Under the pieces are notes generated by a model that saw only the letters and a program-made list of their open reading frames with translations, was not told the DNA's origin and did not search any database. This document shows, in pieces, positions 8,649-17,328 of a DNA stretch of 64,000 nt. Source of the DNA: Halorarum halobium (lineage in GTDB: Archaea; Halobacteriota; Halobacteria; Halobacteriales; Haloferacaceae); NCBI RefSeq assembly GCF_032116555.1, contig NZ_CP134949.1, positions 1,860,001 to 1,924,000 on the forward strand, in the 5' to 3' direction. The position numbers were made by a program, and so were the translations under genes. The first letter of the stretch is position 1. Each line of letters opens with the position of its first letter.

Positions 8649-10537
8649 TTCGACGGGCTGGCGGCCTCGGATCGCTCCGTCGTCCCCGATCGGACGGTCG
8701 CGCTCGAGGCGATTCGACCGTCCGCCACGAGGTCGGAGACGACGTCCGCCCGCGAGTCGACCGCCGCCAGAACGTCACCGTACGACTCCGCGGGCGCGGC
8801 GATCGAGTTCACCGCGCGGCTCCCTCCCCGGTCGATGATGCCGGTGGGGGTCGAGCCACTGCCGTCCCGTTCGAACAGCGGGACGAACCTCGTTCCGTCG
8901 GTCGTGCGACGGAGTTCCTCGATCGCGTTCAGTCGCCTGTCCGGGCCGAGCGAGACGACCAGATCCGTCGCGGCGAACGACGATTCGGGGACCCCCAGGT
9001 CGGAGACGACGCGTTCGCGGACCGCGGCCCCGTCGGAGCCGTGAATGGTTCCAAGCACCGCGTCGGCCGCCGCGCCGACGCGCATGGCCTCGTACAGCGC
9101 CGTCGCCTCCGTCCCGCGAACCTCGCCCACGACGAGTGCGCCATCGCCGAGGCGGAGCGCGCTCCTGACGGCTTCCGTCGGTGTGAGCGCGGCGTCGGCG
9201 TCGGTCCCGACGCGGAGCGCTTGCACGTCGCGATCGGCGTCCCGGAGCGACGCGACGGGGAGTTCCGGTGTGTCCTCCACGAGAACCGTCCGGACGGCCG
9301 CCGGAAGCTCCCAGAGCAACGCGCCGAGCAGCGTGGTCTTGCCAGCACCTCTCGGTCCCGCAATCAGTCCCGTGACGCCGCGTTCGACCGCCAGCGAGAG
9401 GAACCCGGCCGCCCGAGGCGGAAGCGACCCGGCCGCGACGAGTCGCGCGAGCGTCCAGGACTCGTCGTCCTGCCGGCGGAAGGCGAACGCCGGTCCGTCG
9501 CTGGCCGGGTCGGTGACGCCGGCGACGCGGACGCCGGCGAGCGACGCGTCCACGATCGGCGAGGCGCGCGAGAACGCCCGGCCGCCGGCGGCGCGGACCC
9601 GCGAGGCGAACGCCGCGACGTCCTCGCGGGAGAATCGGACGTTCGTGCGGACTGGATCGCCGTCCACGACGGCCCGAACTGGCGTCTTCGCCGCGGGGGC
9701 GGTCAGGAAGGCGTCCGAGAGTCGCGGGTCGGCGAACAGATCGTCGAGTAACCCGTTTCCCCGCGTGTGCTTCTCGAGGATCGCGGCGAGCAGCTCGACC
9801 GGATCGTCCTCGCCCGCGACCCGCCGCACCGCGCGTCCCGCCGCCCGCTCGCCGCCGCGGACGGTCCCGTCCGCGAGGGCGGTCGCCGCGGCGGCGAGCG
9901 TATCGAACGCCCCGGGATCGAGCGTCTCGCTCGGTGGCGTGAGCCGGTACTCGTCGCGCGGCCCGTCGGTCTCGTACCGTCTGACCACGGCCCCAGTGTC
10001 GAGTTCGTGCGCGTTCAGGAGTACCGCATCGTCCGGGGGGCCGGCAGTGGTCCGCCCCCGTGCGACGGCCGGGGCCACCGTCGGCGCGAGGACTTCGTCG
10101 TACTCGGCCACGCCCTCCGCACACGCGGCGAGGCCGGTTTCGGCAGCGACCCTGGCGACCGGCCCGGCGCGTCCGGTCGCAGTTCGTGCGGCGGCGAGCG
10201 GGTCCGTCCGGGCGCGAACGGCGAGCTCCGCGTCGTGGTGGGCGACCCGTTCGACGAACCGGCCGGCGGCGACCAGGAACGCCGACGCTCGGCCGTCGTA
10301 CGTCCGTTCGATTCCCCCGGCGGTCGTCCGGACCGGTTTCGCGTCACGTTCCGAGAGCGCGTCGACGACCGTGGCCCGACAGCCCGGGGACCCGGCCAGA
10401 ACGCCGTCCTCGGGACAGTCGTCGCTGTCGACGTCGAGGCTCACTCGAGCGTCGCTCGAACCGGCCGGGGTCCGGACGGACGGTCGACACTGGCAGGTCC
10501 GTGCGTCGCCCGGTCGGAGTCGGTCGAGGAGTCGCAT
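8642..10537 (-). CDS. pilB2: Type IV pilus assembly ATPase (PilB/TadA/VirB11 family)
   Basis: Walker A GPRGAGKTT, Asp box VEDTPEL, Walker B LVVGEVRG, His box GTIHG; Cys-rich N-terminus. Confidence 0.9.
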   Translation of the reverse strand: MRLLDRLRPGDARTCQCRPSVRTPAGSSDARVSLDVDSDDCPEDGVLAGSPGCRATVVDALSERDAKPVRTTAGGIERTYDGRASAFLVAAGRFVERVAHHDAELAVRARTDPLAAARTATGRAGPVARVAAETGLAACAEGVAEYDEVLAPTVAPAVARGRTTAGPPDDAVLLNAHELDTGAVVRRYETDGPRDEYRLTPPSETLDPGAFDTLAAAATALADGTVRGGERAAGRAVRRVAGEDDPVELLAAILEKHTRGNGLLDDLFADPRLSDAFLTAPAAKTPVRAVVDGDPVRTNVRFSREDVAAFASRVRAAGGRAFSRASPIVDASLAGVRVAGVTDPASDGPAFAFRRQDDESWTLARLVAAGSLPPRAAGFLSLAVERGVTGLIAGPRGAGKTTLLGALLWELPAAVRTVLVEDTPELPVASLRDADRDVQALRVGTDADAALTPTEAVRSALRLGDGALVVGEVRGTEATALYEAMRVGAAADAVLGTIHGSDGAAVRERVVSDLGVPESSFAATDLVVSLGPDRRLNAIEELRRTTDGTRFVPLFERDGSGSTPTGIIDRGGSRAVNSIAAPAESYGDVLAAVDSRADVVSDLVADGRIASSATVRSGTTERSEAASPSKC

Positions 10538-11016
10538 GCGGCCGTTGGTTCCGTTCCGGTATTTGAACTCTCGGGGGTCGTCGCCGCGACGACCGGGACG
10601 CCCTCAAGCCTCGTGAACCGCAGTTCGACGCGGTGGGCACCGGCTTCGACGAACCGGATCGGACCGTCCGGGAGCCGGAGACCGGCATCGAGCCACCGCG
10701 TCACTACCGAGCCGCTTCCGACGCCGTACCTGAGCGCAGTCCGGCCGTCCGCGAGCGTGCAGAGTTCGACGAAGCGAACCGGGGCCGCCGTGAGCGATGC
10801 ACGCGGCAGCGAGAGCTCCACGACCTCGCGTCCGCCCGGGAGCGTCGCGCCGACGGGATCGGACTCGGATCGCAGCTCGGCGGCCGCGCGGTCGAGCCGT
10901 TCCCCGAACCGGTCGAGGGTGCTCGCGGTCCGCTCCGCGCCCGCCGCCTGTATCGGTGGGAGCGAGACGCCGAGGAGCGCGACGGCCAGGACCGTCGCGA
11001 GCACGTACCGGATCAC
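10441..11016 (-). CDS. Pilus-cluster protein with N-terminal signal/anchor helix
   Basis: MIRYVLATVLAVALLGVSLP; GTGA overlap with the upstream gene; low-complexity tail overlaps the pilB start by 97 nt. Confidence 0.7.
   Translation of the reverse strand: MIRYVLATVLAVALLGVSLPPIQAAGAERTASTLDRFGERLDRAAAELRSESDPVGATLPGGREVVELSLPRASLTAAPVRFVELCTLADGRTALRYGVGSGSVVTRWLDAGLRLPDGPIRFVEAGAHRVELRFTRLEGVPVVAATTPESSNTGTEPTAACDSSTDSDRATHGPASVDRPSGPRPVRATLE
10546..10569 (-). promoter_or_regulatory. pilB promoter (AGTTCAAAT-N8-GGAACCA-N8-ATG)
   Basis: Same two boxes and spacing as upstream of the 11540 start; consistent with a leaderless transcript. Confidence 0.65.
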
Positions 11017-11540
11017 AGCGCGTCCCTGAGCCGTGCCGCGATGCCGTCCGAACGCGTCGGCTCCGTACCCTCCTCCGGAGCGTCTTGGTCGGGACTCCGG
11101 GTCGGAGTTCGGGCCGAACCGTCGGCGTCGCCCCGGAGAGTCTCCTCGTGCGTCGGCGGACGGTCAGTCCGCCGAGGTTCCGCCTCGCAGTCGAGGGTGG
11201 AAGCGACCCGCTCCGCGGTCGCCAGCGCCGCGTCGGCGCGCCGCTCGACGTCCCTGTTCACGGCGCGGACGCCGCCGACGTACCCGCGGAGCGCCTGCGT
11301 CGCGGCCTCGATCTCGCCGACCCGTTCGTCCAGGTCGGCGAGCCCGTCCTCGACCGCAGTCACCCGGTCGGCGAGTCGTGCGCGTTCGGTGGCGGTGTCG
11401 GCCTGGAGCGGGTCGTCGCGCTCGCCGAGGGCGCGCTCGACCGCGGCGAGTCGAGCCGAGAGGGAGTCGCGGTCGACTCCCTCGCCGGCGGATGGACGTC
11501 GGTCGCTCCGCTTTGCCGCCTCGTCCGGTGGTTCGGTCAC
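11013..11540 (-). CDS. Coiled-coil protein, first gene of the pilus cluster
   Basis: GTG 11540 supported by the promoter motif; heptads LADRVTAVEDGLADLDERVGEIEAATQALRGYVG. Confidence 0.7.
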   Translation of the reverse strand: MTEPPDEAAKRSDRRPSAGEGVDRDSLSARLAAVERALGERDDPLQADTATERARLADRVTAVEDGLADLDERVGEIEAATQALRGYVGGVRAVNRDVERRADAALATAERVASTLDCEAEPRRTDRPPTHEETLRGDADGSARTPTRSPDQDAPEEGTEPTRSDGIAARLRDAL

Positions 11541-11548
11541 AGGGCGGG

Positions 11549-11572
11549 TGGTTCCCCTCTCGCATTTGAACT
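11549..11572 (-). promoter_or_regulatory. Pilus-operon promoter (AGTTCAAAT-N8-GGAACCA-N8-GTG), back-to-back with the cetZ2 promoter
   Basis: Exact repeat of the boxes at 10546-10569. A second TATA-like GATTCAAGC at 11581-11589 faces cetZ2. Confidence 0.65.
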
Positions 11573-11612
11573 TGTGGGAAGATTCAAGCGGGCGGGCTGA
11601 CTGGCTTGTGTC

Positions 11613-12701
11613 ATGAAGACGGTCCTCATCGGGGTCGGACAGGCCGGCGGGAAGGTGGCGTCGGCGCTCGTCGACTTCGACCACGAAATGGGGTTCGACT
11701 CTGTGATCGGCGCACTGGGCGTCAACACGGCGAAGGCGGACCTCCAGTCCCTCCAGTTCGACACCGTGCTCATCGGGCAAGACCGCGTCCGCGGGCACGG
11801 CGTCGGCGGCGACAACGAGCTCGGTGCCGAAGTGATGCAGAGCGACGTGCGCGAGGTCATGGGCGAACTGGACGGCCGCATCACGGCGGAGGCCGAGGCG
11901 ATCATGGTCGTCGCCGGCCTCGGCGGCGGAACCGGGTCGGGCGGCGCGCCCGTCCTCACGAAGCGACTGAAGCGGGTGTACGACGTGCCGGTGTACGGGC
12001 TCGGCGTCCTACCGGGACGTGGCGAGGGCGCGATGTACCAGGTGAACGCCGGGCGGTCGCTCAAGACGCTCGCTCGCGAGGCCGACTCGGTGCTGCTCAT
12101 CGACAACGACGCCTGGCACAGCTCCGGCGAGAGCATGGAGGAGGGGTTCGACTCCATCAACGCGAACATCGCTCGCCGGGTCGGCCTGCTGCTCGCGGCC
12201 GGCGAGGCGGTCGAGGGGGTCGGCGAGAGCGTCGTCGACACCAGCGAGGTGATCAACACGCTCCGCTCGGGTGGCATCTCGGCGCTCGGCTACGCGAGCG
12301 CCGAGGCGAGCGAGAGCGCGGACGAGAACATCAACGTCGTGACGAGCGTGACGCGGAACGCGCTCCTCACCGGGACGAGCCTCCCGAACGCGGTCGACGC
12401 CGATTCGGCGCTGCTCGTGGTCGCCGGCAACCCCGAGCACATCTCACGGAAGGGCGTCGAACGCGCCCGAAAGTGGCTCGAGGAGGAGACCGGGAGCATG
12501 CAGGTCCGCGGCGGCGACTTCCCGCTCGAATCCGAACGGCTCGCGTCGCTGGTGCTGCTCGGCGGCGTCGAGCGGAGCGGGCGCGTCCAGGAGTTCATGG
12601 AGCGTGCCGCCGCGGCCGTCGAGGAGGCGGAAGCGCGGGAGGAAGAGGCGAACCCCGAGGAGAAGCTGTTCCAGAACGAGGACCTGGACAGCCTCATCTG
12701 A
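11613..12701 (+). CDS. cetZ2: Tubulin/FtsZ-family cytoskeletal protein CetZ2
   Basis: GVGQAGGK, tubulin signature GGGTGSG, T7-loop DTSEVINTL; closely resembles haloarchaeal CetZ2 as I recall it. Confidence 0.9.
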   Translation: MKTVLIGVGQAGGKVASALVDFDHEMGFDSVIGALGVNTAKADLQSLQFDTVLIGQDRVRGHGVGGDNELGAEVMQSDVREVMGELDGRITAEAEAIMVVAGLGGGTGSGGAPVLTKRLKRVYDVPVYGLGVLPGRGEGAMYQVNAGRSLKTLAREADSVLLIDNDAWHSSGESMEEGFDSINANIARRVGLLLAAGEAVEGVGESVVDTSEVINTLRSGGISALGYASAEASESADENINVVTSVTRNALLTGTSLPNAVDADSALLVVAGNPEHISRKGVERARKWLEEETGSMQVRGGDFPLESERLASLVLLGGVERSGRVQEFMERAAAAVEEAEAREEEANPEEKLFQNEDLDSLI

Positions 12702-12803
12702 GCCGACGGTTTCGAGGGCACGTCCCGACTGACCGTGCTCCAGTTGGAACTGGGACCGGCCGAGGTGGACACCGATAAGTAGCGTCGCCGTCGACATCCA
12801 CCG

Positions 12804-13691
12804 ATGACTCGCGTCCCTGCCTGGCTCACCTTCCGGCGGTACGCAGCGTTCGTCACCGGCATGACGCTCACGCTCGTCATGCTCGGCATCTACACGGCCG
12901 CGTCCGGTTCCGGGCTCGCGTGCGCCCAGCAGTGGCCGCTGTGTGACGGCGGCGTCCTCCCCCGGACGATCCCCTCGTTCATCGAGTGGTTCCACCGGCT
13001 CTGGGCGATGATCACGGGGTTCCTCATCCTCGGCGTCGCCGCCTGGGCGTGGCGCGCCGGGCAGTCCCCGCGGACGAGGTGGGCCGCGACGGTCGCGACC
13101 GTGCTCACGCCGATGCAGGCCGTTCTCGGCGCCGTCACGGTGACGTTCAACGGCCGGCTTCCGGGCGGCTACTCCGCGCCGGTCCACGCGGCGCACTTTC
13201 TCGTCGGGTTCGCCATCTTCGTCGGCCTGGCCGACGCGACGCTGACGGCGTACGAGGGACGCTACCGCCGGAACAGGGTCGAGCGGACGCGGCTCGCCCT
13301 GGACGTCGCGCTCGGCGGCCTGCTCGCCGGCACCGTGCTCTCTCGGCTCCCGCCGCTGCTCGCGTACGATCCGTGGGCGCAGGCGCTGTTCTACGGAGTG
13401 TCGCTCGCGGCGTTCGGGGCGCTGCTGGGCGCGGTCAGGTGGCTCGGCGGTCGGGATGGTGGCGGACCGGGACGGGCGGGCCGGGGCCGGCTCCGATGGG
13501 CCGTCGGCGTCGCCGCGGGGCTCCTCTTCGTGGCGATGGTGCTCGGGCGTGACCTCGTCTTCTACACGGCGACCGTGGGGCTCGTGAACGCGGCCGTCGT
13601 CGTCGCGGCGCTCGCGCTCGTCGCCGGCGCACGGTGGCGGCTTCGGGACGACGGCGCGGCGTCCGATTCGACCGCCAGCGTCTCTGATTGA
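12804..13691 (+). CDS. ctaA: Heme A synthase (COX15/CtaA family)
   Basis: GLACAQQWPLC cysteine loop, EWFHR motif, multi-pass membrane protein. Confidence 0.8.
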   Translation: MTRVPAWLTFRRYAAFVTGMTLTLVMLGIYTAASGSGLACAQQWPLCDGGVLPRTIPSFIEWFHRLWAMITGFLILGVAAWAWRAGQSPRTRWAATVATVLTPMQAVLGAVTVTFNGRLPGGYSAPVHAAHFLVGFAIFVGLADATLTAYEGRYRRNRVERTRLALDVALGGLLAGTVLSRLPPLLAYDPWAQALFYGVSLAAFGALLGAVRWLGGRDGGGPGRAGRGRLRWAVGVAAGLLFVAMVLGRDLVFYTATVGLVNAAVVVAALALVAGARWRLRDDGAASDSTASVSD

Positions 13692-13748
13692 CACGTCCGC
13701 CGGGGATCGACGGGACCACTACCGGGGACGCCGGTGACCGAAGCTGCC

Positions 13749-13755
13749 TTATATA
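13749..13755 (+). promoter_or_regulatory. TATA box of the amino acid ABC operon
   Basis: TTATATA about 24 nt upstream of ATG 13779. Confidence 0.6.
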
Positions 13756-13778
13756 CTCCCGAACAATCAGTTCACGTC

Positions 13779-14594
13779 ATGCAGAGACGAACTTACCTGA
13801 AGTCGACCGGAGCCGCGGCCGCGGGCCTCTCGATGGCCGGCTGTCTCGGGTTCGGCGGCGGCGGTTCCGAAACGGTCACGATCGGCTCCGACATCCCGTA
13901 CCGACCGTTCGAGTACGAGACGACCGAGGGGGAGCTGACCGGCTTCGACGTCGACATCGCGGAGGCGATCTTCGTGGGCCAGCTCGACATGGAGTACGAG
14001 TTCATCCAGACCTCCTTCGACACGATCATCCCGTCGCTGAACAACGGGAACTTCCGCGTCGTCATGTCCGCGATGACGATCAACGACGAGCGGGCCGAAC
14101 AGGTCGACTTCTCGGACCCGTACTTCACCGCCTACCAGACCATCGTCGTCCGGCAGGACTCCGACATCAGTTCGACCGAGGACATGCAGGGCGTCCGCGT
14201 GGGCGTCCAGCGCGGGACGACCGGCGAGGGCGCGGCCGTGGAGCTCCAGGAGGAACTGGACGGCGACCTCGAGATCAACCGCTACGACCAGATTCCCGAC
14301 GCGTTCAGCGCGCTGTTGAACGGGCAGGTCGACGCCGTCATCAACGACAACACCGTCAGCGCGGAGTTCGTCAACGGCGAGGGCGAGGGCGAGGTTCGCT
14401 TCGTCGAGGGCGAGGGCGCGGCCGCGGAATCGGGCGAGAACGCCCCGCCGTACCTCACGCTCACCGTCGAGAACTACGGGATCGCCTTCCGGCAGGACGA
14501 CGACGAGTTCCGCGAGGAGGTCAACGGCGCGCTCGCCGCGATCCGCGAGGACGGGACGTACGACGAGATCTACAGCGAGTACTTCGCCGGGTAA
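13779..14594 (+). CDS. Polar amino acid ABC transporter substrate-binding lipoprotein (GlnH-like)
   Basis: Tat motif QRRTYLK, lipobox MAGC, PYRPFE, GFDVDIA, SAMTINDERAEQVDFSDPY. Confidence 0.92.
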   Translation: MQRRTYLKSTGAAAAGLSMAGCLGFGGGGSETVTIGSDIPYRPFEYETTEGELTGFDVDIAEAIFVGQLDMEYEFIQTSFDTIIPSLNNGNFRVVMSAMTINDERAEQVDFSDPYFTAYQTIVVRQDSDISSTEDMQGVRVGVQRGTTGEGAAVELQEELDGDLEINRYDQIPDAFSALLNGQVDAVINDNTVSAEFVNGEGEGEVRFVEGEGAAAESGENAPPYLTLTVENYGIAFRQDDDEFREEVNGALAAIREDGTYDEIYSEYFAG

Positions 14595-14600
14595 CCGTCG

Positions 14601-15437
14601 ATGGCGACCGACACCGAGCGCGCGGCCGAGCGGGACCGCGGCTTCCTCGAACAGCTGAACGACCGAACCTTCCGTCGGCTCGGCGTCGTCGGGACGACGG
14701 TGTTCGCGCTCGGCGTCGCGGCGTTCATCGGCTACATCCTGCTCGTGCGGGTCGACTACTCGCTCCTCGTCGAGATCATCTACCCGCAGTTCACGTTCGC
14801 GTTCCTCCGGGTGATCGGGCTCGTCGTGATCTCCAGCGTGCTCTCGGTCATCGCGGGGGTGCTGGTCGGGCTGGCCCGGGTGTCGCGGACGGGCGTGACG
14901 AGTTCGATCGCCAAGAGCTACATCGAGTTCTTCCGCGGGACGCCGCTGCTGTTCCAGCTGTTCGTCATCTACCTCGGCGTGCCACAGCTGTGGCCGCCCG
15001 GACAGTTCCCCGTCGACCAGTTCAACTACTACGCCGCGGTCATCGGCCTGACGCTGAACCACGCGGCCTACGTCGGCGAGGCGATCCGGGGCGGCATTGA
15101 GTCGATCCCCGACGGGCAGATGGAGGCCGCGCGCTCGCTCGGCATGTCGTACATCCAGTCGATGCGGGAGGTCGTCCTCCCGCAGGCGTGGCGAAACTCG
15201 CTGGCCGCCATCGGCAACGACCAGGTGATCCTCGTGAAGGACACCTCGCTGCTGACGGTTCTCGCCATCCCGGAACTGCTGAGCGCGTTTCGCCAGATCA
15301 ACTCCGCGACGTTCGACGCGTGGACGCCCATCGTGCTCGTCGCGGTCGCGTACCTCATGATCACCATCCCGCTCGGGAAGGTGATCCGGACCCTGGAGGA
15401 GCGTGCCGATCCGGCAGCCGCCGGGGGTGATCACTGA
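14601..15437 (+). CDS. Polar amino acid ABC transporter permease (GlnP/HisM-like)
   Basis: FRGTPLL, EAIRGG, GQMEAARSLGM (EAA loop), LVKDTSL. Confidence 0.92.
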   Translation: MATDTERAAERDRGFLEQLNDRTFRRLGVVGTTVFALGVAAFIGYILLVRVDYSLLVEIIYPQFTFAFLRVIGLVVISSVLSVIAGVLVGLARVSRTGVTSSIAKSYIEFFRGTPLLFQLFVIYLGVPQLWPPGQFPVDQFNYYAAVIGLTLNHAAYVGEAIRGGIESIPDGQMEAARSLGMSYIQSMREVVLPQAWRNSLAAIGNDQVILVKDTSLLTVLAIPELLSAFRQINSATFDAWTPIVLVAVAYLMITIPLGKVIRTLEERADPAAAGGDH

Positions 15438-16165
15438 TGTCGCTGCTCGAGTTCGAGCAGGTGAACAAGTACTTCGGCGACGCGCACGTCCTGAAGGACA
15501 TCGACCTCGAGGTGGACGAACGGGAGGTCGCCGTCGTCATCGGCCCCTCCGGCTCCGGGAAATCGACGCTGCTCCGGTGTACGAACCGCCTCGAGGAGAT
15601 CCAGTCGGGCGAGATTCGGCTGGACGGCGTCCCGTTGACCGACCCGGACGCGGACATCAACCGCCTCCGGCAACGCATCGGGATGGTGTTCCAGTCGTTC
15701 AACCTGTTCCCGCACAAGACGGCCCTGGAGAACGTCGCGCTCGCGCCGATCAAGGTTCGGGGGCTCCGGGAGGGGGAGGCCCACGAACGGGCCAACCAGC
15801 TTCTCGAGCGCGTCGGGCTGGGGAACCAGACGGCGTCGTACCCGTCACAGCTCTCGGGCGGCCAGCAGCAGCGGGTCGCCATCGCCCGCGCGCTGGCGAT
15901 GGACCCCGAGGTGATGCTGTTCGACGAGGTGACGAGCGCGCTCGACCCGGAACTCGTCGGCGAGGTGCTGGAGGTGATGCGGGATCTCGCGGACGAGGGC
16001 ATGACGATGATGGTCGTCACCCACGAGATGGGCTTCGCCCGCGAGGTGGCCGACAGCATCACGCTGATGGCCGAGGGCGAGATCGTCGAGCGCACGCCGC
16101 CCGAGCAGTTCTTCGACGAGCCGACGACCGACCGCGGTCGGCAGTTCCTCTCGAAGCTGTTGTAG
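15437..16165 (+). CDS. Polar amino acid ABC transporter ATPase (GlnQ-like)
   Basis: GPSGSGKST, LSGGQQQR, LFDEVTSALDPE, VTHEMGFA. Confidence 0.95.
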   Translation: MSLLEFEQVNKYFGDAHVLKDIDLEVDEREVAVVIGPSGSGKSTLLRCTNRLEEIQSGEIRLDGVPLTDPDADINRLRQRIGMVFQSFNLFPHKTALENVALAPIKVRGLREGEAHERANQLLERVGLGNQTASYPSQLSGGQQQRVAIARALAMDPEVMLFDEVTSALDPELVGEVLEVMRDLADEGMTMMVVTHEMGFAREVADSITLMAEGEIVERTPPEQFFDEPTTDRGRQFLSKLL

Positions 16166-16212
16166 GCTGGCGCTGGGCCGAAAACCACTTTTCGAGCGTC
16201 CGAGTCGGCGAG

Positions 16213-17268
16213 TCAGAACGTCAATACCTCCACGCCGTCAGTCTCGTACTCCGTCATCGCCGCCAGCCTGTCCGGGACCTCCGAAAGCGACACTTCGCGC
16301 CCGACTAAACTGCCCGGGTCCAGATCCCCCGCGTCCAGCAGGCCGAGCAGTTCGTCGTACCGGGTCGGCGGCATGCCCCGCGAGCCGTGGAAGTCGACCT
16401 CCCAGCGCGTCATCTCGTCGGTCGGCAGCGACACCTCGCCCTTCTCGGCCTCGGTGGTCAGCCCCACCTGGACGTGACGGCCCCGCTGCCGGAGACAGCC
16501 GACCGAGTTGCGGCACGTCTCCGCGCGACCCAGCGCGTCCATCGACACGTCCGCGCCGCCGTCCGTGAGCGCCTCGATCCCGACGACCGGGTCGTTCTCC
16601 ATCCCGTCGACGACCGCGTCCGCCCCGGCCTCGCGTGCGCGATCGAGTTTGTCGTCGGCCACGTCGACCGCGACGACCCGCGCGCCGAGCGCGTCGGCGA
16701 CGTGGACTGCCGAGAGGCCGACGCCGCCACAGCCGTGGACGGCGACCCACTCGCCGGCCTCGAGGTCCGCGCGGTGGGCGAGCGCGTGGAACGCCGTCAT
16801 GAACCGACAGCCGAGCGCCGCGACGTCGCGCGGGGCGACGCCCTCGGGCAGCGGCATGGCGTTGTAGTCGGCGTGGGGGACGTGCACCCGTTCGGCGAAC
16901 GCGCCTGGCGCAGCGCGCTCGAACCCCAGCGCGCGGCCGTCGAGACAGGTGTTGCCGTGGCCGTTCAGACACTCGCCACAGGCGCCACAGCCGAGGTTGA
17001 ACGGGACGGCGACGCGGTCCCCCTCGGCCACCGATTCGACGCGCTCGCCCACGGCGACGACCGCGCCCGCCGGCTCGTGACCGAGCACGAAGTCGGTCGG
17101 CACCTGATCGTCGGCCCACTCGCCGTGGCCCTGCCAGGCGTGCCAGTCGGACCGGCAGATGCCGCAGGCCTCGACGGCGACGACGACGCCGTGGGGTTCG
17201 AGTTCCGGCTCCGGCACGTCGGTCACGTCGAGCGGCTCCCCGTACTCGCGGAGGACGGCTGCGTCCAT
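16213..17268 (-). CDS. Zinc-dependent alcohol dehydrogenase (MDR family)
   Basis: CGICRSD, GHEPAG, structural Zn CGACGEC..C, GCGGVG. Confidence 0.92.
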   Translation of the reverse strand: MDAAVLREYGEPLDVTDVPEPELEPHGVVVAVEACGICRSDWHAWQGHGEWADDQVPTDFVLGHEPAGAVVAVGERVESVAEGDRVAVPFNLGCGACGECLNGHGNTCLDGRALGFERAAPGAFAERVHVPHADYNAMPLPEGVAPRDVAALGCRFMTAFHALAHRADLEAGEWVAVHGCGGVGLSAVHVADALGARVVAVDVADDKLDRAREAGADAVVDGMENDPVVGIEALTDGGADVSMDALGRAETCRNSVGCLRQRGRHVQVGLTTEAEKGEVSLPTDEMTRWEVDFHGSRGMPPTRYDELLGLLDAGDLDPGSLVGREVSLSEVPDRLAAMTEYETDGVEVLTF

Positions 17269-17328
17269 GGCTCCCGCTTGGGCCGAGTCCTAAAAAGCGT
17301 CCGTCTCCCCCACTGGGTGATCGAGCCG

